Below, one piece after another: positions 21,187-31,403 of a DNA stretch of 64,000 nucleotides; position 1 is the stretch's first letter; the number at the start of each line of letters is the position of its first letter. This DNA is from a virus (taxonomy: Duplodnaviria; Caudoviricetes): positions 50,785-114,784 of IMG/VR virus record IMGVR_UViG_3300003962_000013; one strand, 5' to 3'. Made by a program: the position numbers and the translations under genes. A model generated the notes under the pieces. The model was not told where the DNA came from and made no database searches. It was given only the letters and a program-made list of their open reading frames with translations.

Positions 21187-21717
21187 TTAATAATTTAAAT
21201 AAGATTTTATTTGTTTTATTCTATCCTCATTATTTCCTGATAATATTCCAAAGTTTCTTATTTTATCTAAATGAGAACTACATAAATGTTTAATAGTTTG
21301 ATCTATTTGATATCTATATATTGAATCAGTAGTTCTAACGGAATTATCTTCTATCGGAACACCCGAAGGAGTAACATAAAATATCCAATCATATTCTTCA
21401 ATAAATCTAGAAGCAAAATGTTCAAAAGCTATTTTATCTGGTTTTTCAATTGATTCAGCATTTAAAGTGAATGCTATAACATCTATAACAGTTCTATCAG
21501 TTATAACGTTTGTTTGAATTAATTCTGAGCATCTTTCTGCTAAGAATATGGCTTGACCTTTTAATGTACTATCTGTATTTAGAGGAATACCTAAATCACG
21601 TAAGTATTTACTTCTTTCAGTAGCAAAATTGTAATGTGAGAATTCAGGGAGTTCTTTTAGTGAATTTACTAATGTAGTTTTCCCAACACTCATAGTACCA
21701 CAAAAACCTATTTTCAT
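21187..21717 (-). CDS. P-loop ATPase/kinase (NadR/AAA_28-like)
   Basis: GTMSVGKTT; ITDRTVID; YDWIFY; EDNSVR. Confidence 0.8.
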   Translation of the reverse strand: MKIGFCGTMSVGKTTLVNSLKELPEFSHYNFATERSKYLRDLGIPLNTDSTLKGQAIFLAERCSELIQTNVITDRTVIDVIAFTLNAESIEKPDKIAFEHFASRFIEEYDWIFYVTPSGVPIEDNSVRTTDSIYRYQIDQTIKHLCSSHLDKIRNFGILSGNNEDRIKQIKSYLNY

Positions 21718-21792
21718 ATTATATTGTTTGTTTATTTATAAAATAAAAAGAAAGCCTGACTATGTCAAGCTTTCCTTGTAAATTTGTTATAA

Positions 21793-22458
21793 TTAAAGTC
21801 CTGCAAGTTTTTTCATGCGGGTAAATGATTCACTCAATTGAATTGATTCAGCTACTTTTTTATCTAAATCTTCATCATCAACATCTCCATCTCCGTCTTC
21901 ATCTTCAATATCTAATGATGCAGTCATTGCTGCTTTCATTCCATCTTTTGCTTGTGATGGAGCTGCTTTACGACCACGTTTTAATAATCCTTTAACTCTA
22001 AGTCTTAATTTTTCAATAAAATCTGGACCTAACATTTCTAATTCATCTTCTGTTGGTTCATAGTTAGCATCTGCTTCTAATTTACTGTTAACAGCTTTCG
22101 CCATTATTGTTTTTTCAGAAGTAGGACGACCTTTAACACCACTAGTTTCTGGTTTTTCTTTTTTAGGTACTGATAATTCACCTTTAGAGAATATATTAGC
22201 TTCTAAAAAATCTCTAACTTTTGGATTAATAGCTTGCTGACCAGATTTACCTAATAGTCTAGCTAGTTCAGGTTGAGGAATACCACCAGAATCTGCTTTT
22301 AATACATAATCAATCATATCTGCTATCCATGTACCAGCATATAATTCTTTAGCTGCTTCAGCTTTTTCTTGGTCTCCTATTTTGATATTAGTTGAAATAC
22401 GAGCTAGTTCATCAAGTTCTTGATTAACCATTTCGCGAATAATGTTTTTTAATTTCAT
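21793..22458 (-). CDS. Putative internal head protein with HTH-like domain
   Basis: GIPQPELARLLGKSGQQAINP; C-terminal ESFTRMKKLAGL. Confidence 0.45.
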   Translation of the reverse strand: MKLKNIIREMVNQELDELARISTNIKIGDQEKAEAAKELYAGTWIADMIDYVLKADSGGIPQPELARLLGKSGQQAINPKVRDFLEANIFSKGELSVPKKEKPETSGVKGRPTSEKTIMAKAVNSKLEADANYEPTEDELEMLGPDFIEKLRLRVKGLLKRGRKAAPSQAKDGMKAAMTASLDIEDEDGDGDVDDEDLDKKVAESIQLSESFTRMKKLAGL

Positions 22459-22567
22459 TATAGTATAAGTTTATGTTTTATTATACATATTGTAACTTTC
22501 GTAAAATTAAAAATTTTCGATAAATTCAGGGAATTCTTCATGTTCCATAACATAATAAATGATTTGA

Positions 22568-23890
22568 TTATGATAATAAATATTCAGCAGAATAAATCCC
22601 TTGTGCTCCTGAAACAGTAATTCCACGAGCTGATAAAGCATCTCCTACGAAATGGATATTTGGGTAATCAACCAATGCTAAATTTTTATAATCTACTAAT
22701 GGTTCAGGACTTAAATATTTTACTTCAGGAATATACATTCCCCAATCATCACCAAATTCAAATATTTTATTCATTTGATCAATAAAGTTAAGAATATAAT
22801 CCGCATATTCACCAAAAGCACCTTTAAAGATATCTAAATTTGTAATTGAAATGCTTTTAACCATATTTCCTTCTGAGGTATGTGATGGTTCACGTGATGG
22901 TGAATAATATACTCCTGATTTCCATTCTTTATTTATTGCTATTGTTTCAAATTGACAATTTTGTACTACATTTCTACACCATTCAAATGGATTATCAATA
23001 CCCTTAATTTCCATCAAAATACCAAAATTAGTCATATCATTACGATATTGTTCTCCTTTTTTAGCATGGCCATTGTAACTAATATCTCCATAAGTTTCTT
23101 CAACTGCTACATAAGCAGCATTATTATTAGTACAGAATGAACGTAATGAAACATTATCAAATTTTTGATATAGTTTAAAATCATAACTAACATCAATTAG
23201 TTTTTGAAAGTATTTTTGTGGTGCTTCGAAGCGAACACCTATTTGAACTGATTTAGGTTCTGTTGGTAATTTATAATCGTTTGATAGTTTTTGAGCAAAG
23301 TCAATACCTGATTTACCTACTGCAAAGATGAGTTTATCATAATTTGAAGTAAGATTATGTAATTTATTTCCTATATGATAGGATAAATAATTTCCTTCAA
23401 AAGCAATATCATGTACCTCAGTTTCCCATAAAAATTCTACTCCTTTATCAACTAAATAATCATACCATCTTTTTCCTATTTCATGTAAATATTCTGTTCC
23501 AATATGGTAAACAGGAAATAAACGAAGACCAAAATAAGGCTTTATAAAATCTGGTTCTTCTTGAGGGTCTGATTTCATAATTACTGATGGATTAGGGTGG
23601 AATCTAGTTACCATTTGAATAACTTGATCCATTAAATCATAAGCTTTTTCTTCACCACAATATTTTGAGAGTTGACCACCAATGGAGGTGTGGAAGGTTA
23701 ATTTGCCATCTGAGAAGAGTCCCGCTCCAAATCCTCCACACATTACTTCTTCTGGGAGTCTAGTGTGAGGGTCTTTTCCTTTATCTATAACTGTAATTAA
23801 TTCTCCAGGATAACCATTATCTACTAGTTTAGTAACAAAGCACATTCCTGCAACTCCACCACCAACTATAACTATTTTTTCTTTTTTCAT
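22568..23890 (-). CDS. FAD-dependent oxidoreductase (COG2509-like)
   Basis: VIVGGGVAG; GGFGAGLFSDGKL; RSFCTN; VGDA…RGI. Start moved to MKKEK at 23890 to avoid overlap. Confidence 0.85.
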   Translation of the reverse strand: MKKEKIVIVGGGVAGMCFVTKLVDNGYPGELITVIDKGKDPHTRLPEEVMCGGFGAGLFSDGKLTFHTSIGGQLSKYCGEEKAYDLMDQVIQMVTRFHPNPSVIMKSDPQEEPDFIKPYFGLRLFPVYHIGTEYLHEIGKRWYDYLVDKGVEFLWETEVHDIAFEGNYLSYHIGNKLHNLTSNYDKLIFAVGKSGIDFAQKLSNDYKLPTEPKSVQIGVRFEAPQKYFQKLIDVSYDFKLYQKFDNVSLRSFCTNNNAAYVAVEETYGDISYNGHAKKGEQYRNDMTNFGILMEIKGIDNPFEWCRNVVQNCQFETIAINKEWKSGVYYSPSREPSHTSEGNMVKSISITNLDIFKGAFGEYADYILNFIDQMNKIFEFGDDWGMYIPEVKYLSPEPLVDYKNLALVDYPNIHFVGDALSARGITVSGAQGIYSAEYLLS

Positions 23891-23891
23891 A

Positions 23892-24605
23892 CTATTTTTT
23901 ATATTTAAATTTGTACCCATGACAGGTTTTTTGTCTACCATTACAACAATCTTTTATTTGCTTATCAACATTTTTAGAAATTAGTGAATTTTTTTCTAAA
24001 AGCCAATTTTTAGCTTCTCTTAAACAAGGAAAATCTTTAATAAATTTATTATTTAAATCATAACATTCAACAATTTTTCCTTTAGATTCTAAATTTGCTT
24101 TAGATATATTCTCGATATGTTCTTTAGTAAAAGGTTTAGCTTTACCCTTATTTCCTTTACTTATTTTATCTTTAACTTCATTAGTATAATATTTTGAATG
24201 GTTATTTTTATTTAAAGCTTTTTTTATTTTCATTTTCCATTCATCATTAAAACAACTATGTCCTTTTTTAGATTTAGATATTTTCTTTCTTGTTTCTTCA
24301 CTTAAAGGACCTCCACCTTCATCTAAGATATTACAAAATAAAGCCATTTCCCAACCAAATTCATTTATAAATTGTTGTTTATAAAATATTTCCCTTTCGA
24401 TAAGTAACTCTTTAGAACACTCTTCAATTATTTCTAATTTATGAGCTTCCCAACCATATTTTAATAAAGATCTATAAATTTTAGGTTGTTCTTCACAAAA
24501 TAAATTTCTATAGTGACTTTTTCTTCTAACTATATTAAAAGTTTTTCCCATGTAAACTCTACCTTTTGGATTAGTTATTTTATAAATACAAATTTTTACC
24601 ATCAA
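23892..24605 (-). CDS. GIY-YIG homing endonuclease
   Basis: CIYKITNPKGRVYMGKT; NUMOD3 (SEETRKKISKSKKG) and NUMOD1-like end. Confidence 0.88.
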   Translation of the reverse strand: MMVKICIYKITNPKGRVYMGKTFNIVRRKSHYRNLFCEEQPKIYRSLLKYGWEAHKLEIIEECSKELLIEREIFYKQQFINEFGWEMALFCNILDEGGGPLSEETRKKISKSKKGHSCFNDEWKMKIKKALNKNNHSKYYTNEVKDKISKGNKGKAKPFTKEHIENISKANLESKGKIVECYDLNNKFIKDFPCLREAKNWLLEKNSLISKNVDKQIKDCCNGRQKTCHGYKFKYKK

Positions 24606-24643
24606 TTATACATATGGTGAAATTCCGTCAGACCAACATCCTA

Positions 24644-24796
24644 TTAACAATTCCAATATCTTGATTTACTAATATCTTTAGCAATAATTATACTCTCACC
24701 ATTATATTTTTGATGAAAAGCTCTTCTAGCTTCACCTTCAGTATTACAATGAATTATTGAACCATGAAAGGTTCCTGTTATAGCGTAGACTTTCAT
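24644..24796 (-). CDS. Small hypothetical protein (50 aa)
   Basis: Read by hand: MKVYAITGTFHGSIIHCNTEGEARRAF…; coupled to the upstream ORF. Confidence 0.5.
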   Translation of the reverse strand: MKVYAITGTFHGSIIHCNTEGEARRAFHQKYNGESIIIAKDISKSRYWNC

Positions 24797-24797
24797 T

Positions 24798-24944
24798 TCA
24801 ATATTTTTTAAACCAAATTTCAAAGAAAATTAAACCAATAATTAATGCTTTAAAATCTCCATCCTCATCTCCACCTTCTAAAGTATATATTCCTAATGAA
24901 AATTCACCTTCTAAAAAATTATTTAATTGACCTTCTATTTGCAT
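24798..24944 (-). CDS. Small hypothetical protein (48 aa)
   Basis: Read by hand: MQIEGQLNNFLEGEFSLGIY…LIIGLIFFEIWFKKY*. Confidence 0.5.
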   Translation of the reverse strand: MQIEGQLNNFLEGEFSLGIYTLEGGDEDGDFKALIIGLIFFEIWFKKY

Positions 24945-25299
24945 TTTCTAATTTCTCTTTAATTCGTTGTCTAATTATTTCTTCATCTCTTTTGGTAGGA
25001 ATATAATCATTCATAAGTTCTTTAGGAAGATTATCCCACGCGTTTCCATAATAAGATACATTAAAATTTCTAGATTTACACTCTTTATATAAATCTTCAT
25101 ATCTTTTTCTTAAATATTCTAATTTATCATAAAAAAATGATACGTGTCCTTTACCTAAAGTAAATTCTTTAGGAATATTTTTTAAATTATATCTACCACG
25201 AGATATACAATTCGGAATACGTTTGATTTCGCGATGTTCTGCTATTAAATGGCGAGTAGTTAATTCAGCGGGGGGGATTACAACATTAATTCTTGTCAT
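24919..25299 (-). CDS. denV: Pyrimidine dimer DNA glycosylase / endonuclease V
   Basis: MTRINV…HLIAEHREIKRI…FTLGKGHVSFFYDKLEYL, matching T4 DenV. Confidence 0.95.
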   Translation of the reverse strand: MTRINVVIPPAELTTRHLIAEHREIKRIPNCISRGRYNLKNIPKEFTLGKGHVSFFYDKLEYLRKRYEDLYKECKSRNFNVSYYGNAWDNLPKELMNDYIPTKRDEEIIRQRIKEKLENANRRSIK

Positions 25300-25337
25300 A
25301 ACTTTATTTTTAATATATGTTAAAAGATTTTGTAAAC

Positions 25338-26333
25338 CTAATTTTTAGGATGATATTTGAAATCACCTCTTTTTAATCTTTGTAATAAATCATATTGTCT
25401 AGGAGTAGCTAGATTGTTTTGTTTTATAACAGAATTGATTATATCTTGAAAATATTTTCTACTTGAAATAGATATTCCATTACTGTTATTTAATATTTGT
25501 TGGAAATATTTAGGATTTACAGATTTATTTTCTTCATTTATAGCTTCTACCCCAAAATATGTTTTAGCATATATATTGGGGATTTTTCTTGTTTTTTGAA
25601 GTTTTCCTCCTGATAGGAATGGTTTACCAAAATCTACTTCTATCCAATCTAACATTCCTCTTTGATCTGATTTACCTGTATTCCCTGATGAAGTAGCAAC
25701 AATTGTTCCTTTACCATAAACATCGTGTTCAAAAGGAGTATTAATTCTATAATCAGTTCTAACTTTATATGGAAGATCCTTTTCAGATATTTTTTCTTCT
25801 TTTGATTCTACTCCCATTAATTTGTTCAAATTTATAGGAGATGGAGCTGACTGGATAATTTTGATTGGAGTATCAATTTGTTTTCTATCTAAATGACTAG
25901 ATATTTTTTTATTTAAATCTTCAGCATCTGTTAATACTAATGTAAGTATTTTTTCTTTATAAATTGTAAGATAATAATATGTTCCTTTAAGATCAGAAGA
26001 CTGGATATTAATAGGGTATTGTTTTCCGTTTGTTTCTATTACTGGAGTGTAAAATTTGTATCCAACATAATAATTTTGGGATGATGGAATATCTTGGGAT
26101 TCTATAGATTTTAATTTAGTTAATATAGAATCTTGAATATATTTTATTAATGGTTGTTGGATTTGGTTTAATGTAAAGTTACCTAGGGCTTCTTTAGGAA
26201 CAGTTATATTTTTTATATCAATAACTCTATCTTGCTTTCTATCAATATAGTGAGCCGTTTGGATTAGTTCTTGAAGAATTTCTAGTAATTTTATCATCAT
26301 ATATAAATATGTAAAAAAGCCGTGATTTACCAC
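25338..26333 (-). CDS. Hypothetical protein
   Basis: Long ORF; likely true start at MIKLLEILQE just after an ATATTTATAT motif. Confidence 0.6.
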   Translation of the reverse strand: MVNHGFFTYLYMMIKLLEILQELIQTAHYIDRKQDRVIDIKNITVPKEALGNFTLNQIQQPLIKYIQDSILTKLKSIESQDIPSSQNYYVGYKFYTPVIETNGKQYPINIQSSDLKGTYYYLTIYKEKILTLVLTDAEDLNKKISSHLDRKQIDTPIKIIQSAPSPINLNKLMGVESKEEKISEKDLPYKVRTDYRINTPFEHDVYGKGTIVATSSGNTGKSDQRGMLDWIEVDFGKPFLSGGKLQKTRKIPNIYAKTYFGVEAINEENKSVNPKYFQQILNNSNGISISSRKYFQDIINSVIKQNNLATPRQYDLLQRLKRGDFKYHPKN

Positions 26334-26363
26334 AGCTTTTTCTACAATAATTGGAAAAAATAT

Positions 26364-26795
26364 TTATTTAATAATTCCTGCTAGTTTTTGCATTTTTATA
26401 AATGATTCGTTTAATGGTTCAGATTCTTCCTCAGACATATCCAATTTAGCATCCATATCCATTTCATCAACAGGTTCTTCAGTAACTACTTCTTTCTTTT
26501 CTTCTTTTGGTTGGTTTTTACCATCCATTTTATCTAGTTGTTTCTTGTATTTGTTTAAACTTTTTTCTAAAACTTTAATTTCAGCTCTTAAAGATTTAAT
26601 TTTTACAGGATCAACCATGTCTTTCATTTCTTCTAATGATTCAGACATTTCAATCTTTTTATTTCTTGAAGCAATAGCTTCTTCACATTTATTCATTTTA
26701 GCTTCTAAAGCAGCTCTATCACCAGCATCATCTATTTCACGAATATAATCTTGAATAGATTCTCTGATAAGTTGTCTAAGTTCTGTTGGTTTCAT
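26364..26795 (-). CDS. Putative internal head protein (coiled coil)
   Basis: MKPTELRQLIRESI start; ESFIKMQKLAGII end. Confidence 0.5.
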   Translation of the reverse strand: MKPTELRQLIRESIQDYIREIDDAGDRAALEAKMNKCEEAIASRNKKIEMSESLEEMKDMVDPVKIKSLRAEIKVLEKSLNKYKKQLDKMDGKNQPKEEKKEVVTEEPVDEMDMDAKLDMSEEESEPLNESFIKMQKLAGIIK

Positions 26796-26831
26796 TGTTT
26801 TTTTTATTTATTATAAATATTGTACTATTTA

Positions 26832-27089
26832 TTAAGATTGATTGTTTTGTTGATTATCGTTAGGAGCTTTAAAGAAATTGGTTAGAAATTTACCCACAAT
26901 AGCAAAGGCAATTGAACCCCCTATCATAAGTTTAATTTCTGCAACTGTAAATATTTCTTTTAATGTGTCAAATTGCCACATACCCCCAACAGCAACTACT
27001 GCTGCTATTGCTAAAAGTGAATCTCCAACTTTTCTCCAAAATGCTGGTGTTGGTGATTTGTAATACGAATGTTTAAGTTTAAATCCCAT
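26832..27089 (-). CDS. Putative holin
   Basis: 85 aa with two hydrophobic helices, next to the lysin candidate. Confidence 0.55.
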   Translation of the reverse strand: MGFKLKHSYYKSPTPAFWRKVGDSLLAIAAVVAVGGMWQFDTLKEIFTVAEIKLMIGGSIAFAIVGKFLTNFFKAPNDNQQNNQS

Positions 27090-27090
27090 G

Positions 27091-27636
27091 TTAAAATTCT
27101 TTTAAAAGTGTGTAAGTAAATTGTTTTTTTCCAGATAACTTGGCCTGGTGAAGCAATTCTTTAAAATCATCAGGGTTATTTAATACTTGACATCCGGCTG
27201 ACCATTTGTCTATTAATTTAGAAACTAATTTATCATTAGCTCTATGTATGTTAATTCCAAAATATCCAGTTTCTGTTATTTTGGTTTCTTCAGCTATATC
27301 ATCTTTATCACCATCTCTATATACAGTAATAGGTTTGGCTTGAACAAATGCTTCATATTTATTTTGGTGTAAACCTAATTTATATGAATCTATATATTGT
27401 CCAGGTTTTAGAAGGGCTGTTCCTTTAGGGTTTAGTAAATTTTTTAACCAATGTGTTCCAGGATTAGTTGTTCCTGTAAACCAGGTAATTTTATCATTAT
27501 TTACTACTCCTATCAAATCATCAAATTGATTAGGTTTATTTTCTTTAGATCTAATTCCAACTATGTGGAAATTAAACCAACTATATGAATTTTTTGTAAA
27601 TTCTGATTTTAATTCATTTATTGAGTAAAATTTCAT
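27091..27636 (-). CDS. Putative cell-wall enzyme, YkuD/L,D-transpeptidase-like fold
   Basis: GINIHRA…WSAGCQV fits the H…SxGC catalytic motif. Confidence 0.6.
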   Translation of the reverse strand: MKFYSINELKSEFTKNSYSWFNFHIVGIRSKENKPNQFDDLIGVVNNDKITWFTGTTNPGTHWLKNLLNPKGTALLKPGQYIDSYKLGLHQNKYEAFVQAKPITVYRDGDKDDIAEETKITETGYFGINIHRANDKLVSKLIDKWSAGCQVLNNPDDFKELLHQAKLSGKKQFTYTLLKEF

Positions 27637-27638
27637 AA

Positions 27639-28634
27639 TTATATCCCTATGTTTATTAATTGAGGTTCGGATTTAAATTTCACTATACCCCTTATATTAT
27701 TTATATTATTAATTATTTGTTTTATTGTTTCAATATCAAATTTTCCATTTTTTATATATGGATATGGATCTATTTTAACTGTTAATTTATCATATGAATG
27801 GCCTTTTTTAGATAATCTAGGATTATATTCTTCAGTATCAACAGTAGTAATTCCTGTAATAGATCTAATATCTGAAAGTATTTGGGTTTGAGTTTTTATT
27901 TTGTTATTGGTAACTAATAATCCTTCAATTTTATATAATTTGGAAGCTGAATCTTCATTTATTAATGGGATTCTTTTAGTTAAACGATTAAAAGAATCAT
28001 ATTTGTAAATATATTTATTTTCATTAAGATTTAATAAAGATAAATATTGTTTATCTACTTCATAATTTTTTAATATTTTGGTTAATTCTTTAAAATTACC
28101 ATCAAATATAGCTTGTTCTACTTCATAATATAAATCACTTTTTCCATAATCAGTTTCTATTTGATTTAAGAGTTCTTCATATGGTAACATAAATACTCCA
28201 CTAGTAAAATCAGAATCTAATTTGGTACCAAGATTGTTTTCAACTAAACTAGTATTATTTAAATAAATTAGATCTAATGGAACTTTTATTCCCTCAAATA
28301 AACCGTATTCTCCTAAATTTGTTTTAGCTATGATTTTTTTATCTATTTCATTAACATGTATTATATTACGAGAATAAAGATATCTAGCTTCAGCCCATAA
28401 ATCTAAATATTCAGTTAATGATTTAACTTTAGTTTTATATAATGGTAACTTATTATCAATATGGTATTTCATATTCTCAGTCACCTTAATTTTTGCTTTA
28501 ATATCTTTATTTAATACAGGACCATAATTTCCCACATTCTCACAAGAATGGCAACCGCAATTACACGTATCTTTCTTTTTGGGAGGAGACGCTAATACTT
28601 CTTTGATTAACTGTTTTATTTTTGAATGTTCCAT
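27639..28634 (-). CDS. Hypothetical multi-domain protein
   Basis: KIKQLIKEVL N-terminus; CNCGCHSC. Confidence 0.6.
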   Translation of the reverse strand: MEHSKIKQLIKEVLASPPKKKDTCNCGCHSCENVGNYGPVLNKDIKAKIKVTENMKYHIDNKLPLYKTKVKSLTEYLDLWAEARYLYSRNIIHVNEIDKKIIAKTNLGEYGLFEGIKVPLDLIYLNNTSLVENNLGTKLDSDFTSGVFMLPYEELLNQIETDYGKSDLYYEVEQAIFDGNFKELTKILKNYEVDKQYLSLLNLNENKYIYKYDSFNRLTKRIPLINEDSASKLYKIEGLLVTNNKIKTQTQILSDIRSITGITTVDTEEYNPRLSKKGHSYDKLTVKIDPYPYIKNGKFDIETIKQIINNINNIRGIVKFKSEPQLINIGI

Positions 28635-28647
28635 GATTATAAATATA

Positions 28648-29475
28648 TCAAGATATCAATTCACATCTGGGGATTAAATCAGAAGCTAGATTAAATTTAA
28701 TTTTAGCATTTAAAAGAGATTTAAATTCATCATAATTTTCCACACAAATATATTTATTGTTTTTATCAATAATTAATAGTATTTTATCATCTAAATATGT
28801 TTTAGCTAAAGCTAATCCTATTGAATTATTCAAATCATTTAATGAAGTAAAATTATATTCTATATCTAATCCCGGATATAATGTTTGAAGTAAAGAGATG
28901 AAATCTTCTTTGGTTGGGTTACAATTAAAAATAGATTTTATCCAAGTGGTTTTTTGAGATAAATTAGGATTATATTTAGTTATAAAAGGTTTTAATTTTT
29001 CATTATCAAATATATCCAATTTAGATGTTCTTTTTGAATATTTAGATTCTGAGATTTGGGATTTGCTGTGTTTAATTTCAAAAACAATATTATTTATTAA
29101 TAAATCTCCTTTCTTATTAGGTTTAACAGCATCAGATAATAACACTGATAATGCCATTTCTCCTTTTCCAAATGTAATAGTTTTAGATGTACCAGAAATG
29201 TTTATTAATGAATGAATAAATGATGGTTTTAAATTTGATTTGCTAAATAATTTAATTAAATCTGTTTCATTAAGTAAGTCTTGATGTGTTATAGTGGGAT
29301 TATTTAAATATAAATTTAATTCATATAAATTATTATATTTAATTGCTTTATATATGATAAAATCTATAATATTTAATGGAATATTTTTGTGAAATAAATT
29401 TTCCCTAATATTAGTTTCTATAGAATTAAAAACAATATTAAAACATTTATTAAGAATATTTATTATAAATTTCAT
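28648..29475 (-). CDS. Putative PD-(D/E)xK nuclease
   Basis: GKGEMAL…GDLLIN…FEIK. Confidence 0.5.
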   Translation of the reverse strand: MKFIINILNKCFNIVFNSIETNIRENLFHKNIPLNIIDFIIYKAIKYNNLYELNLYLNNPTITHQDLLNETDLIKLFSKSNLKPSFIHSLINISGTSKTITFGKGEMALSVLLSDAVKPNKKGDLLINNIVFEIKHSKSQISESKYSKRTSKLDIFDNEKLKPFITKYNPNLSQKTTWIKSIFNCNPTKEDFISLLQTLYPGLDIEYNFTSLNDLNNSIGLALAKTYLDDKILLIIDKNNKYICVENYDEFKSLLNAKIKFNLASDLIPRCELIS

Positions 29476-30032
29476 TAAGGAGTAACTTCTGGTGTTTCTT
29501 CTGGAGGTTCAGTAGTTGGTTCTTCTGGTTCTTCAATAGGGGTTTCAGGAGCTATAGAAGTATCATCAGTTGATGGAGGAGTTGGTTCTTTATATATAGG
29601 TTCTGGGGTTGTAGGTTGTTGAGGAGTTATTTTAGCTCCATATGATAATATTCTAGCTATTGATTCAACACAATTTTGTTCTTCACTAATATTTAATAGA
29701 TAATATTTTTTACCTTCAACTTTCCCAATCCATGTTCTTTCAGTGTAAATCAAATAAAATACTTGATCATTTGCTAATACAACACGAAAAGTAGTAGGAC
29801 GGGGTGCTACCCATTCTATATCACTTAAAAATAAATCGTATTGATTAGTAAGTAATTTAACTATAGTAGATTTAAGTGTAGGAAATTTACTCAGTACTGG
29901 AAAACGAGTGTCGTCTAAAGATACTAAGGAAGCATCATCTAAATCTATTTGTTTAGAAGAATCTTCTTGTGATTTAGAGTATTTTTGTTTAACTAAGAAT
30001 CTAATTTTATCTTTTAATTGAGCTTTATTCAT
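29475..30032 (-). CDS. Hypothetical protein with Pro/Glu-rich tail
   Basis: IEWVAPRPTTFRV core. Confidence 0.6.
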   Translation of the reverse strand: MNKAQLKDKIRFLVKQKYSKSQEDSSKQIDLDDASLVSLDDTRFPVLSKFPTLKSTIVKLLTNQYDLFLSDIEWVAPRPTTFRVVLANDQVFYLIYTERTWIGKVEGKKYYLLNISEEQNCVESIARILSYGAKITPQQPTTPEPIYKEPTPPSTDDTSIAPETPIEEPEEPTTEPPEETPEVTP

Positions 30033-30044
30033 TGAAGATTAAAT

Positions 30045-30539
30045 TTATTTAGAATCAATTTTTGAATAAGGAGAAACTATACTTTCATAATCTTCCATAG
30101 TTAATACTCTTTCTGCTTTTGATAATTCAATCATATTTTCAGCTACAAAATGTAAATCCATATCTGTTTTAGCATCTTCTCTAGCATATTCCAACATACG
30201 AATTAAAAGGGGAATATCAAGTTTAATTACATCCTCAGGATTTTTTTCTTTTGGAATAAGAGGTGTAATAGGTGATTTATCTGGTACTGGTTTTCTATTT
30301 TTTACAAATATATTAGAATCAATTTCATCAACCGGTCCTTTAAGGACCTGGGTGATGATTTCTTTGATTTTTAATTTATTTTCTTTTTCAGCCATACGTT
30401 TAGCTAAGGTAATAGCTCTACCAGTCATAACTTTTTCGGCATTTTCTCCATAATCTTTAACAAATTTAGATTTGTTTTGTTTATATTGATTATAGAGTTG
30501 GTTTTTCAATTCTAATTCTCTTGGAGATAATGCGGGCAT
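30045..30539 (-). CDS. Hypothetical protein
   Basis: DIPLLIRMLEYAREDAKTDMDLH C-terminal module. Confidence 0.6.
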   Translation of the reverse strand: MPALSPRELELKNQLYNQYKQNKSKFVKDYGENAEKVMTGRAITLAKRMAEKENKLKIKEIITQVLKGPVDEIDSNIFVKNRKPVPDKSPITPLIPKEKNPEDVIKLDIPLLIRMLEYAREDAKTDMDLHFVAENMIELSKAERVLTMEDYESIVSPYSKIDSK

Positions 30540-30541
30540 AG

Positions 30542-30715
30542 TTATTTAGTTTTAACTTCAGCAACAGATGCCTTGTTATAGGCTTGAATTACTTTTTTCA
30601 ATTCTGAAAGAGCTTTTCTTGCTGCTTGTTTTGATTTTTTAGTTGTTCCTTCGTGATTAGTTTTTGCTGTTTCATACAACCCACTAATTTGTTCAAATAG
30701 TTTTTGAGTGTTCAT
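30542..30715 (-). CDS. Hc1-like (histone H1-like) small DNA-binding protein, 57 aa
   Basis: Read by hand: MNTQKLFEQISGLYETAKTNHEGTTKKSKQAARKALSELKKVIQAYNKASVAEVKTK*; ARKA…E..K…KAS pattern. Confidence 0.6.
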   Translation of the reverse strand: MNTQKLFEQISGLYETAKTNHEGTTKKSKQAARKALSELKKVIQAYNKASVAEVKTK

Positions 30716-30810
30716 AGTTTTTATTTTTATTTTTATTAATTACAATTTTTTAATAATTACCAGTTCCTGGAAATTCATCTTCGCTTTCATCTCCCATCCC
30801 CCACATTTCA

Positions 30811-31365
30811 TCATTTTTCCTCATCTTTAGGATCATTGTTTATATTAATTTCACTTAATTTTTTATCATCTTTCATATCTTTTTCTAAAGCTTCGATATG
30901 CTCAGCATCATCGGCTTCAGCATCTTTATAATATTTTTTATCTGATTCAGCTACGTTTTGTGTACCTAATACTTGTGTTCTAACAAGCATAGTAATAGTA
31001 TTACCTATCTGAGCTACTAATTTTTCATCACCTAATGCTTTAGCATTTGCTAATGCTTTTTGTAATGAATCTTGGATTGATTTTACTTTTGGATCAATAT
31101 CAACAGCTGCTGTAGTATCTGGTGTAATAGTATCAGTAGGAGTTTCTTCTGTATTTATATCAATATCTACATCTTCTTGTGGGGCTACATCTTCTGCTTT
31201 TTTCTTTTTTCTTTTTGCTTCATCTAATGAATTTATTACTAATTCACGGATTTTATCTTTAATAGAAGAGCTTTCAGATATTATGTCTTTCTTAGTAGTA
31301 TCATTAACTACTTTACCGAAAGCCAATTTCTGCATTTTATTAAACTGTTCGTTATTATTTATCAT
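30811..31365 (-). CDS. Putative internal head protein
   Basis: EQFNKMQKLAF motif; the C-terminus may extend to about 30751 if an A-run frameshift is an error. Confidence 0.5.
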   Translation of the reverse strand: MINNNEQFNKMQKLAFGKVVNDTTKKDIISESSSIKDKIRELVINSLDEAKRKKKKAEDVAPQEDVDIDINTEETPTDTITPDTTAAVDIDPKVKSIQDSLQKALANAKALGDEKLVAQIGNTITMLVRTQVLGTQNVAESDKKYYKDAEADDAEHIEALEKDMKDDKKLSEININNDPKDEEK

Positions 31366-31403
31366 TGTATTTTTTATTATAAATATTGAAAAATTTAGTA
31401 AAT

